Shown here: positions 55,271 to 64,000 of the stretch, in pieces
How the letters are laid out: every line of letters starts with the position of its first letter
Position numbering within the stretch: the first letter of the stretch is position 1
Source of the DNA: a virus
DNA: 64,000 nt
Strand: one strand, 5' to 3'
IMG/VR virus record: IMGVR_UViG_3300010398_001198
Span: 58,664-122,663 of that record
Position numbers and translations under genes: made by a program
Notes under the pieces: model-generated
What the model was told of the DNA's origin: nothing
What the model saw: the letters and a program-made list of their open reading frames with translations, nothing else
The model's database searches: none

Positions 55271-56992
55271 CTACGCTTGCATGCGTTTTTCGTACCGCGC
55301 GCGCGCATGGAACACCAATTTTGCTGCGCGCACATGATCGCCTTCACACAAGCCGAGACGTTTGGCAATTGCCGTGTTCCCCATGCCTTTGACCAGCAAT
55401 GCCTCTACCTCCCGTACCTCATGCTCCGATAACTCTTTGCCGCGTGCGGATGTGACAGCCGTAGCACTACTGCCATGCCGATGTACCTCTACCATGCCAT
55501 TGCTTGACGGTGTAGCGGCAACCTTGCGCACAACCCCAGTATCCTTCTTTGCCTTGCTCGCAACCTTGACATAGAGCAAGCCAGTATTGAACGCACGCGC
55601 CAGTCTTTGATCCCGCTCTGCTTGGGATAGCGCCGTATTGCCGATGATCGCATACAGCGTATTGAGCCGGAGTCTCATCTCACTATCGATCACAACCACA
55701 GCACGCGCCTTGCTCTGTGCCGCCTGGGCCGCCGATACCGCTTCTTGACACGCTTTGACACGTTTTTTTGCCTGTAAGACCTTGATTTGTACGTCTAAAT
55801 CCTCCTCATCTGCAGCTTGCGCCGCTTCTTGTGCCGCAAACAGCGTGTCTTGTGCAAGCTGCAATGCCGTTTCCGCTTCTTGCACTGCTTTGTCTGCCTC
55901 AGTAGACGCTGTATCTAACACTGTCGCATCCGCGCAAGCGATAGACCGTACATCGGCATCCGGGACGAGCGCGCTATAGTCGATAACGCTATCCTGATAC
56001 TCTGCGCCGCTCGCTACATCGGCATACGACACACTAGGAGCCACTACAGACGCCATAGGAGCCACACTAGGAGCCATAGGAGCCACACTGCTCCCAGACA
56101 GCGCGTGCCATCCATTCGCACCAACGGACAAAAACCGCGTACCATCCCTGTATTGATCCCGCTGTACCGTTTCCTTCTCCTTCGGACACGACACCATGCG
56201 CACAACCTTCCCGTTGTACATGCCGATATGAGAGTCTAGGATCATGGTTGCCGGCAGATCACCGAGCGGATTTGTCGTATACAGCAAAACATGCTCGGTT
56301 GCCTCTACACAGTCCAGCATAGCCTTATCGCTGGTTGCACTGTCCATACCATTATCCAGCAGTGCCGCATTATCGATATTCCCCCGTGCGAGCATCTCCT
56401 CATGATCGCTTGCCGCGCTAGCGCTATCGTCTGCTACCAACTCCGCTAAGTATGCCGCGCTATCACTTCCAGTACTTCCGCCTATCTCTTCTGCACAGAT
56501 CACACAATGCAAACCTATCGACCCATGTTTGCTGCATGTTATCTCTACACTCTCGTCTAACAACTCCGCTAAGTACGATGCGCTCTCATCTTGTGCCGCT
56601 TGCTCTGCGATAATCGCTTGCACGTCCGCACTGTGCCGCGTGTCTTGCTCTGCGCTACACCGTGCTAGCGCTTGCCGATACGCCCCTACCTTGTCGTCTG
56701 CACTGCCAAGTACCGTCTCCGCTACACTGCCATTGTGTACGCCATATACCGCGTATGCATGGTCTGTGCCTGTGCTGAACCGCAGATGATGAAATCCGCC
56801 TAGCTGTGCCGCATCTCTAACGGCATGTTGCATCAAACCCTCGTTTCGGTCTACCTCTACCGCTACCTCTACCGCGCTACCATCATGCCATACCATATCC
56901 AGAGTCTCCTTCCTTTGCGCCAGACTTGCCGCAATGTAACCAGCATAGACCGTGCTACCAGATACCGCTTGATGTGTCGCTACTGTTGCCAT
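55271..56992 (-). CDS. 573-aa orphan: acidic repeats, coiled coil, C-terminal HTH-like end
   Basis: Own promoter, RBS AAGGGA and terminator; SAxYLAEL x2, SVAPMA repeats, EVEALL.KG...TAIAKRLG. Confidence 0.75.
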   Translation of the reverse strand: MATVATHQAVSGSTVYAGYIAASLAQRKETLDMVWHDGSAVEVAVEVDRNEGLMQHAVRDAAQLGGFHHLRFSTGTDHAYAVYGVHNGSVAETVLGSADDKVGAYRQALARCSAEQDTRHSADVQAIIAEQAAQDESASYLAELLDESVEITCSKHGSIGLHCVICAEEIGGSTGSDSAAYLAELVADDSASAASDHEEMLARGNIDNAALLDNGMDSATSDKAMLDCVEATEHVLLYTTNPLGDLPATMILDSHIGMYNGKVVRMVSCPKEKETVQRDQYRDGTRFLSVGANGWHALSGSSVAPMAPSVAPMASVVAPSVSYADVASGAEYQDSVIDYSALVPDADVRSIACADATVLDTASTEADKAVQEAETALQLAQDTLFAAQEAAQAADEEDLDVQIKVLQAKKRVKACQEAVSAAQAAQSKARAVVVIDSEMRLRLNTLYAIIGNTALSQAERDQRLARAFNTGLLYVKVASKAKKDTGVVRKVAATPSSNGMVEVHRHGSSATAVTSARGKELSEHEVREVEALLVKGMGNTAIAKRLGLCEGDHVRAAKLVFHARARYEKRMQA

Positions 56993-57051
56993 GTTCCATT
57001 CCCTTTCAGTGTGGTATGCCGCAGAGCACTATGCCCGCGGGCACGAAAAAA

Positions 57052-57079
57052 ACTATATACTGAAGTATAGCCATTGCAA
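57052..57079 (-). promoter_or_regulatory. Promoter for the 573-aa gene
   Basis: TTGCAA-16 bp-TATAGT. Confidence 0.5.
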
Positions 57080-57544
57080 GAGAAAGTGTAAAGCTATCGC
57101 CTAACGAAAAGTGAAGAGAAGTGCAGGTGAGAGGAAAGATTTTTCGCGGTACTCCTGCGTACCATGTGCCGCTACCTTCTTCCACTTCCATACACTACGC
57201 TCTCCTGTGCACTTAGGATATTCCACTATGTACCAGCAGGAGCACGATGCGCCAGTACTGGTAAGGGATACGCTAGCGCGCTAGCGGGGGATATGGGACT
57301 GACTGGTAGCGTACTGACTGTGGTATGGGGGAGGTGTGGGCTAAGGTGTTCCCTGAAAATTCCACACTTTTTTTCCTCGCATGCCATCTCTGGTACGACC
57401 TATGCAATATAGATATCTTCTTCTATAGGTACGCTGCACTGCTCGCATGCACCACACTGCCACACTGCCACATCGGTCCCGCGTACCATCCCAGTCCTAC
57501 ACCGATGCCTCTACACCGATGCCTCTACCGGAGCCTACACCTGC

Positions 57545-57659
57545 ACCACACTGCCACACCGGAGCTCCACTGTGCCGCGTACCACACCGGAACTACACCG
57601 GAGCTTGCCTCTACCACACTGCCACACCGGAGCTCCACTGTGCCGCGTACCACACCGGA
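57545..57659 (+). repeat. 47-bp perfect direct repeat with nested CACACCGGAG units
   Basis: ACCACACTGCCACACCGGAGCTCCACTGTGCCGCGTACCACACCGGA at 57545 and 57613. Confidence 0.9.
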
Positions 57660-58276
57660 GCTTGCCGCAGTGCGTACCAGGCATACCCTGCCAAAAGTGT
57701 ACACGGGGTATACCGCTGGTAAACTAGCAGCTAGCTACTAGCTATCTTCTATCTAGCTGCTATCTTCTCTCTCGCTGCTATCTCGCAGCTAGTACGTCCG
57801 ATGTGGGATACCCCTGGCCGCACTGGTCTGGCGGGGGCGTTCTGGTAGAATTGTGACATCTCGGCCTAGCCTGCGTGTGAAACCTGTTCCGAGGTACGCG
57901 CCCCTAAACACGCCCTCTCCCTGCACGCCCGTGTGTCCCACAGCCTCGGCCCCACAGCGTCACGCCATGGTCCTATGCGCATGCGGGTGGGCGTGCGGGC
58001 GGGGGAGCCCGTGGGAGTGCGGGCAGTGGTGGCGGGCGCGGTGCGGCTCGCAGGCCAGTGCGGGTGGGCGGTGGTGGTGGGACGGGCGGGGGAGCCCGGC
58101 GCGAGGCGCTTGACAGGGGGGTGGGGTGAGGCGGACACTAGAGGCGGGAGCAGGGGTCGCGGGTGGTCGTGCTGGTGAGGGACGGCGCTCGCGCCAGCGT
58201 GGGGCGGAGCACGCAGGGGGCAGGGGCGGTACGTCCTGCGGCAGCAGCCCATCGTGACGAAGAAGGAGAGAGCGGG

Positions 58277-58654
58277 ATGGCAGCAGGGGTGGGAGAGGAC
58301 AGGGTCGCATATGCGCGACGGATGGCGGCGTTACTGGACGAGTGGAACCGGGAGGGGGCCGAGGGGGGACAGGTGGTGGACGCCCAGAGGCGGTACCGGT
58401 GGAGTGTGGACATGGGGCGGCGGCCAGCCGGGGTGGTGCTGGAAGAGTTGGGGCAGGGGGAAGAGTCAGAGAGGCGGTATACGACGTCTGCGGCGATGGT
58501 GGCGGGGGGGCGGTTGCACGTGGAAGAGTTGGTCCCGTTACCGGGGTATATCTGTGAGGGGTGTCTGGATGCGCCGGCGGTAGGATGGCAGGGGGCGCCG
58601 TGGGGGGGCGAGATGGCGGTGTGTGCGGGATGTTGGGGGAGAGGTGGGCGATGA
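58277..58654 (+). CDS. Hypothetical protein with CxxC...CxxC
   Basis: CEGC...CAGC; coupled to the methylase. Confidence 0.55.
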   Translation: MAAGVGEDRVAYARRMAALLDEWNREGAEGGQVVDAQRRYRWSVDMGRRPAGVVLEELGQGEESERRYTTSAAMVAGGRLHVEELVPLPGYICEGCLDAPAVGWQGAPWGGEMAVCAGCWGRGGR

Positions 58655-59997
58655 GTGAGCGGCGGTGGAAGGTGAGTATTGTCGGGCATGGGGAAGTGGA
58701 TCCGCGGACGATCGTGTTACATCCGCAGAATCCGAAGGCGCATCCGCGGGAGCAGCATGAGGTGGTCGGGGCGTCGTTAGAGGAGTTAGGGTGGTTAAAG
58801 GGGGTGATGATCAACCGCGTGACGGGGCATTTACTGGATGGGGAAGAGCGGGTGACGCTGGCGATCGCGCAGGGGGAGCGGACGGTGCCGGTGGACTATG
58901 TCGAGGTGCCGGCGGAGCACGAGGCGACGGTGCTGCGGGTGTTGGACCAGAGTGCGGCGCTGGCGCGGATGGACGTAGAGCGGTGGCGGGCGTTAGCGGC
59001 GGGGAGTCCGGCGCCGGTGTCGGGGGTGCTGCGGGCGTTTTTTGCGGAGCAGATTCGGGCGGAAGAGAAGGGGCGGGGGGCGCGGCGGAATGCGGCGGGG
59101 GAGTGGGAAGGGACGTGGCGGGATGGGGTGAAGGAGATGGAAGGGGCGTTAGCGGCGGCGGCGGACGCGGTCCGGGGGGAGTGGGGGGTGGCGCCAGGCC
59201 AGTTGTGGGCGTGTGGGGAGCACCGCGTCATCTGTGGGGACAGCCTGGACGCGGGGGTGGTGCAGCGGGTGTGTGGGGAGAGGCGGGTGGCCCTGGTGGT
59301 GACGAGTCCGCCGTACAGTGTGGGGAAGGGGTATGAGGCGGGGGAGACGGTCGGGACGCAGCGGGGGTTGATTGAGGGGTTAGGGCGGCGGTGCGCGGCG
59401 GTGGTGCAGCCGGGGGGATTTGTGGTGGTGAACTTTGGGGATCCGTGGGCACGGGAGACGGCGGGGCCGTGGACGGGGAGTGCGCGGGCGTGTGTGTATC
59501 CGATGGGGCGGGAGTATTGGCGGGCGTGGCACGAGGAGTTAGGCTGGGACCTCTATGCGTGCCGGGTGTGGGTGAAGCCGTATGCGCGGCTGCGGCAGCC
59601 GCTGTGGACGTATCACACGAGCTTGGCGCATCAGGGGGAGTGGGAGCAGGTGTGGACGTGGCGGTTGCCTGGGGGGGAGGGGGAGCAGGTGTACACCTGG
59701 GACGTCAGCGCCCATAGTGTGTGGAGTTCGGTGGGGGAAGTCGATAGTGATGGGGCGGGGCCGTGGGCGCACTGGGGGGCGGGGTTTCCGCAGTGGGTAC
59801 CGCGGCAGGTGCTCAGGGCGCATAGTGCACCGGGGCAGGTGGTGTGGGAGCCGTTTCTGGGGGCGGGAACGACCCTGTTGGCGTGTGAGGAATTGGGGCG
59901 CACGTGTGTGGGGAGTGACCGGGATCCATGCGCGATCGCCCTGACATTACAACGGTTTAGGGACGCGACGGGGGTGAGGCCGGTGCAAGTGGGGTAG
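58651..59997 (+). CDS. ParB-N + N4/N6 DNA methyltransferase (phage packaging-region type)
   Basis: HPQNPKAH...GHLLDG(E)ER ParB-like; HRVICGDS, VTSPPY, FP, EPFLGAGTT. Confidence 0.88.
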   Translation: MSERRWKVSIVGHGEVDPRTIVLHPQNPKAHPREQHEVVGASLEELGWLKGVMINRVTGHLLDGEERVTLAIAQGERTVPVDYVEVPAEHEATVLRVLDQSAALARMDVERWRALAAGSPAPVSGVLRAFFAEQIRAEEKGRGARRNAAGEWEGTWRDGVKEMEGALAAAADAVRGEWGVAPGQLWACGEHRVICGDSLDAGVVQRVCGERRVALVVTSPPYSVGKGYEAGETVGTQRGLIEGLGRRCAAVVQPGGFVVVNFGDPWARETAGPWTGSARACVYPMGREYWRAWHEELGWDLYACRVWVKPYARLRQPLWTYHTSLAHQGEWEQVWTWRLPGGEGEQVYTWDVSAHSVWSSVGEVDSDGAGPWAHWGAGFPQWVPRQVLRAHSAPGQVVWEPFLGAGTTLLACEELGRTCVGSDRDPCAIALTLQRFRDATGVRPVQVG

Positions 59998-60022
59998 CGG
60001 TCCATACAAGAGGTAAACGTCC

Positions 60023-60694
60023 ATGCCACTGCCGAATAACACGCAGTACTGTACTGCCCATAAACGTGATGGCTCTGTGTGTACGAATGTCGTCGTCAAA
60101 GGCATGCGGACCTGCCGCATGCATGGGGGCAAATCCTTACAGGGGCCGGCGAATCCGCACTATCGGACGGGGCGGTATTCCAAGAGTTTGCCGGCGCAAT
60201 TAGCCGTCCGCTATGAAGAGGCGCGGGCGAATCCGCGGCTGTTGTCGTTAGACGATGACATTGCGCTGACGGAAGGGCGCTTAGCGGCGTTGCTGGAGCA
60301 GGCGGAGACGGGGGAATCGGGGGCGTGCTGGCGGGCCTTGCGGGGGGAGATGGATGCGTTTGAGGCGGCGTTAGCGCAGGGGGACATGGACGGCATGCAG
60401 ACGCACTTTGCGGCGATGCGGGGCCTGGTGCAGCGCGGGGCGGCGACGGTGGGGGTGTGGGACGAGGTGCAGGCGGTGCTGGTGACGCGCACGCGGCAGG
60501 TGCAGACGCAGGTGAAGACGTTGCAGAGCATGCAGCAGATGCTGACGGTGCAGCAGCACATGCTGATGGTGGGGGCGCTGACGGACGCGGTGGTGCGGGC
60601 GGTGCAGAAGTATGCCGAGGTGGGGGCGGGGCGGAAGATTCTCAGGGACATCCAGGCCGAGTTTACGCGGCTGGTGACGTTAGAGGAGCGCTAG
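60023..60694 (+). CDS. HGGxSTG-domain protein, probable terminase small subunit
   Basis: CTAHKRDG..C...CRMHGGKS..GP.NP.YRTGRYSK; directly upstream of terL. Confidence 0.75.
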   Translation: MPLPNNTQYCTAHKRDGSVCTNVVVKGMRTCRMHGGKSLQGPANPHYRTGRYSKSLPAQLAVRYEEARANPRLLSLDDDIALTEGRLAALLEQAETGESGACWRALRGEMDAFEAALAQGDMDGMQTHFAAMRGLVQRGAATVGVWDEVQAVLVTRTRQVQTQVKTLQSMQQMLTVQQHMLMVGALTDAVVRAVQKYAEVGAGRKILRDIQAEFTRLVTLEER

Positions 60695-60696
60695 CG

Positions 60697-63474
60697 ATGG
60701 ACGCGATTCTCCAGCCCAGGACGCGGACGCAGGGCTCGCCGATGGCGCAGGGGCTGGCGCATGCGGCGCGCATCTTAGGGGCGGCGCTGGGCGAGGGACC
60801 GGCGGTGTCGCGGCGCACGGAGGTGTTTCGGGCGCTCCCGGACGATCCCATGCGCTGGTTGCTCAGCACCTTTCCCACGTACTTTCAGAATCCGCGCGGG
60901 GAGTTTGTGCCGTTGGCGGCGCATCACGAGGCGTTCTGGCGCTGGCTCTGGGCGCTCAGACCGGGGATGGCGGCGCGCACGTTCATCGCCATCTGGAGCC
61001 GGGCCGGGGGCAAGTCGACGTCGCTGGAACTCGGGTCGGCGTGTGTGGGGTATTTTGGGCTGCGGCGCTATGTCTTGTACATTTGCCATGAAGAAGGGAC
61101 GCCGATCTATGATCCAGCCTGCGGGGCATGGATGGCAGTGGAGAGGCATCCCACGGCGCAACGGCGACGCGGTGATGGTCTCGAAGTCACCATCGCGGGC
61201 TTGCCATTTGCGCCGGAAGTGGTCACGCCTGAGCATCGGTACCTCGCGAGGCGGATAGCGCGGCGGGACCGTGGGCACGGCAAGCCGGTGGACATCCACT
61301 ATGGGCGTCCGCAGTGGATTGAGGCGCAAGATCTCGACTGGAACACATGGATTGGGTATCCCATTGACCGCACCGAGGACGCGACGTATCCGGCGTTGAC
61401 GCGATGGAGTCGGCAGACGCGCCAGCAGGAAGCGTGGGCCTGTCCGTTTTTCGAGGATCCGGAATGGTGGTGGCTCTTTGGGCTGTGGTGGGGCGATGGG
61501 ACCCTGGGAGGCGCCGGGAATGCCCAGATAGCGTTTAGCTGTGCGACGAAATATCCGCAGATTCGGGAGCGTCTGATTGATTGTCTCGAGGATGCGGAGT
61601 TGCCGTGGCATGAAGTGCCGGCGCCGGATGGCGCGGCCTGTAGTAGCATTTCGTTTTGTCATGCGCCCCTGGCGCGGTGGCTCCAGACGTGGCGGGCTGG
61701 GCGCAATCGGAAACAGCCGCCGGGGTGGGTTGAACGGTTGCCGCTGGAGTATCAACGGGCCTTGGTGCGTGGCTATTGTGATGCCGACAGTGCGCAGAGT
61801 GATCGGGGCATGGCGTTGACGAGTATTCACCTGCCGGGTCTGCTGGCGGTGCGGCGCATGTTGATGCGGTTGGGGGTGCCGTCCTATCTCAGTCGGCAGA
61901 CACGGGACCGGGATTTTAGCTATAAGGGACGCGTCTATCAGGTGCAACCGTCGTATACGCTCAGAGTCGAAGAGGGGCGAGAGGCGTTAGGCTATGAGAC
62001 TGGGGCGGCGCCCAAGGATGCGGTGCGCGATCTCTTTATCAGCGATGGCTGCTTATGGTCGCGTGTCCGGGAGGTGGAGGTGGCCTACGATCGGACGTTT
62101 GTGCCGATCCAGACCGCCAGCGAGACGTACTATACGCATGCGGGGCTCTCGCATAATTGCGCCACCCAGAAGCAGGCGGATGATCATGTGGCGAACGTGG
62201 CGACGCTGTTAGAGGGGTTAGGGGTGGAGCGCGCCATTAACCGCTATGGGTTTTCACGGGGCTGGAATATCAATCGCTTACGGACGGCGGATGGGTATAC
62301 GCAGGATGCGATTGGGCTTGATGCGGCGGCGCGGGGGGTGCGCATCGATGAGTTTCGCCCGGACGGCGTGTTTCTCGATGAACTCGATGAGCAACTCGAT
62401 ACGGCGGCGACGATTGCCAAGAAGATTGACGTGCTGACGCGGGCGCTGCTGCCGACGGGGGATGCGGCGCTGACGGTGGCGGGGGTGCAGAACCTGCCGA
62501 ACAAGGACGGCATCTTTGCGCAACTCGCCGATGGGCGGGCCGAGTTTTTGATGGACCGCTACGTCTCAGGCCCGCATCCGGCGCTGCGGGGCTTAGGCGA
62601 GCAGGACTGGTATCAGCAGGTGCGGGGGGCGGACGGGAGTACGGCCTTTCGCTTTGTCGGGGGGACGCCGGTGTGGGCCGGGCAGGACCTGGCGGCGTGT
62701 ACGGCGTTGCTCAACACGATTGGGCCGCGGGCGTTTGAGATTGAGTGTTTGCACCGCATTGGGCGCTTAGCGGGGAGTATCTTTCAGCGCGCCTGGTTTG
62801 GCATCGTGCCGGACTGGCCGCGAGGGTGTCGGCAGGTGCGCTACTGGGACTTTGCGGCGACCGAGGTGGCGGACGAGACGCCCAGGCGGCGGGGGAAGGA
62901 TCCGGACTGGACGGTGGGCCTCTTGCTCGGGGAGTGGCGGGGGCAGTTCTGGGTGCTGGACGTGCAGCGCGTGCGACTCTCGCCGGACGGGGTGGAAAAG
63001 CTGGTGGCGCAGACGGCGGCGCTCGATGGGCCGAGCGTGGAAATCTGGTTGGAAGAAGAAGGGGGGAGTAGCGGCAAGGCGGTGACGGCGACGTACCGGC
63101 AGCGCGTGCTGGTGGGCTATACGGTGCGCACCTGGCACACGACGGGGAGTAAAGGGGAGCGCGCCAAGCCGGTGAGTGCAGCGGCGGAAGCGGGCAATGT
63201 GATGCTGGTGCAGGCGCCGTGGAATGCGGCGTTTGTCGACGAGGTGGAGAAATTTGGGCTCCCGGATGTGCACGATGATCAGGTGGATGCGCTGTCGGGG
63301 GCGCACTATGCGCTGACGCTCGGGCAGACGTGGTTGTCGAGTGAGTTGTCGCTGACGCCGGCGTTGGAGCGCATGACGCAGCAGGGGATGGAGGCGCGGG
63401 CGCAGACGGCGGTGTTACTGCCGGCGCTGGCGGGGATGTGGGGGGTGGCGGACTGGGAGGAGGAGGTGGCATGA
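60697..63474 (+). CDS. terL: Terminase large subunit containing an intein (925 aa precursor)
   Basis: WSRAGGKST Walker A, FLDE Walker B, RYWDFAAT, DWTVG, HDDQVDALSGA nuclease domain. Confidence 0.92.
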   Translation: MDAILQPRTRTQGSPMAQGLAHAARILGAALGEGPAVSRRTEVFRALPDDPMRWLLSTFPTYFQNPRGEFVPLAAHHEAFWRWLWALRPGMAARTFIAIWSRAGGKSTSLELGSACVGYFGLRRYVLYICHEEGTPIYDPACGAWMAVERHPTAQRRRGDGLEVTIAGLPFAPEVVTPEHRYLARRIARRDRGHGKPVDIHYGRPQWIEAQDLDWNTWIGYPIDRTEDATYPALTRWSRQTRQQEAWACPFFEDPEWWWLFGLWWGDGTLGGAGNAQIAFSCATKYPQIRERLIDCLEDAELPWHEVPAPDGAACSSISFCHAPLARWLQTWRAGRNRKQPPGWVERLPLEYQRALVRGYCDADSAQSDRGMALTSIHLPGLLAVRRMLMRLGVPSYLSRQTRDRDFSYKGRVYQVQPSYTLRVEEGREALGYETGAAPKDAVRDLFISDGCLWSRVREVEVAYDRTFVPIQTASETYYTHAGLSHNCATQKQADDHVANVATLLEGLGVERAINRYGFSRGWNINRLRTADGYTQDAIGLDAAARGVRIDEFRPDGVFLDELDEQLDTAATIAKKIDVLTRALLPTGDAALTVAGVQNLPNKDGIFAQLADGRAEFLMDRYVSGPHPALRGLGEQDWYQQVRGADGSTAFRFVGGTPVWAGQDLAACTALLNTIGPRAFEIECLHRIGRLAGSIFQRAWFGIVPDWPRGCRQVRYWDFAATEVADETPRRRGKDPDWTVGLLLGEWRGQFWVLDVQRVRLSPDGVEKLVAQTAALDGPSVEIWLEEEGGSSGKAVTATYRQRVLVGYTVRTWHTTGSKGERAKPVSAAAEAGNVMLVQAPWNAAFVDEVEKFGLPDVHDDQVDALSGAHYALTLGQTWLSSELSLTPALERMTQQGMEARAQTAVLLPALAGMWGVADWEEEVA
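61084..62157 (+). other. LAGLIDADG-containing intein (358 aa) in TerL
   Basis: N-terminal C (CHEEGTPI), C-terminal SHN followed by Cys+1; blocks FGLWWGDG and RGYCDADS. Confidence 0.92.
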
Positions 63475-63842
63475 GCGCGCCCGGGGAAGTGCCGGTGCCT
63501 GAGGAGATCGCGGCGTATCTGCGTGGGTGGCGTGCGGGGCTACACACCGTACTGCGGTGGTATACCGTGGGCGCGCTGCTCCTGGTGGGCCTATGGCTGG
63601 GGACGGCGGTGCTCCAGTGGCAGACGAACCAGGCCCAACGCGGGCTGCTTGAGACCTACGACCGGCGCCAGGAGCAACGCGTCATGCGGGCCACATGCCA
63701 TGTGTTGCTCTACGCCATCGACCCGGCGACCACGACGGGCTTTAACAGTGCGGCGCAGACGTGTACGGTGGAGCGGGAGGATAAGCCCACGCTGCACCTG
63801 CGCTGGCAGGGCGGGCACTGGACGAGCGAGCGGCCGCTGTGA
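63471..63842 (+). CDS. Membrane-anchored hypothetical protein
   Basis: One TM helix, coupled to terL. Confidence 0.55.
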   Translation: MSAPGEVPVPEEIAAYLRGWRAGLHTVLRWYTVGALLLVGLWLGTAVLQWQTNQAQRGLLETYDRRQEQRVMRATCHVLLYAIDPATTTGFNSAAQTCTVEREDKPTLHLRWQGGHWTSERPL

Positions 63843-63965
63843 GGGGGACCAAGCAAAAGACGGGGAGAGACCATAACCACACGCCTCCCCTCCGCCCCGC
63901 CCAGCCTATACGGGTAGGGCACGGATGTCAACCAGCGGTCGTGAGCCGCCAGAAAGGGAGCGCCC

Positions 63966-64000
63966 ATGTCTGAGCCGATCACCAATGGCACCGCCTATCC
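63966..64000 (+). CDS. Start of next gene (partial; possibly portal by position)
   Basis: RBS AAGGGAG + ATG; only 11 codons visible. Confidence 0.3.
   Translation, partial: MSEPITNGTAY

Noticed and set aside
1-64000. Reverse-transcriptase systems (DGR, retron, group II intron), canonical relaxase, rRNA or standard tRNA genes
   Set aside because: No YADD-type RT, HUH or HD relaxase motifs, or normal-length tRNA or rRNA recognised by eye; HMM searches would be needed to exclude them fully.

Overview
High-GC window that reads as one mosaic mobile element with transfer, replication and packaging functions; no host housekeeping genes are present. (i) 0.3-5.5 kb: leftward phage-type operon (HNH, ParB-like, HAD, VRR-NUC) with a cro/cI-like divergent XRE pair. 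(ii) 7.4-24.7 kb: near-complete rightward F/PFGI-like type IV conjugation operon (pilin-like, traL-E-K-B-V-C, traH/PFL_4711-like, traG_N, traU, traD coupling protein). It is interrupted by a free-standing double-HNH endonuclease and ends in a tyrosine recombinase; no canonical relaxase is visible. (iii) 25.5-53 kb: long leftward early/leading-like region with dozens of small phage-like ORFs plus a SAM methyltransferase, serine resolvase, NADAR, SWIM-Rad52-like annealing protein, T5orf172 protein, P4-type primase-helicase with an iteron-rich putative origin, a 1654-aa DarB-like methylase-helicase and a DUF6744-like/MoxR/vWA module. It also holds a tRNA-like RNA whose anticodon loop is replaced by 151 nt. 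(iv) 53.5-57.9 kb: repeat-bracketed, compositionally distinct island with a 573-aa orphan. (v) 58-64 kb: phage packaging module (ParB-methylase, HGGxSTG terminase small subunit, intein-containing terminase large subunit). Best candidate for a new system: a phage (or phage-plasmid) carrying its own conjugation machinery, possibly mobilised by a tyrosine-recombinase relaxase. Protein assignments are from motif recognition by eye, not database searches.
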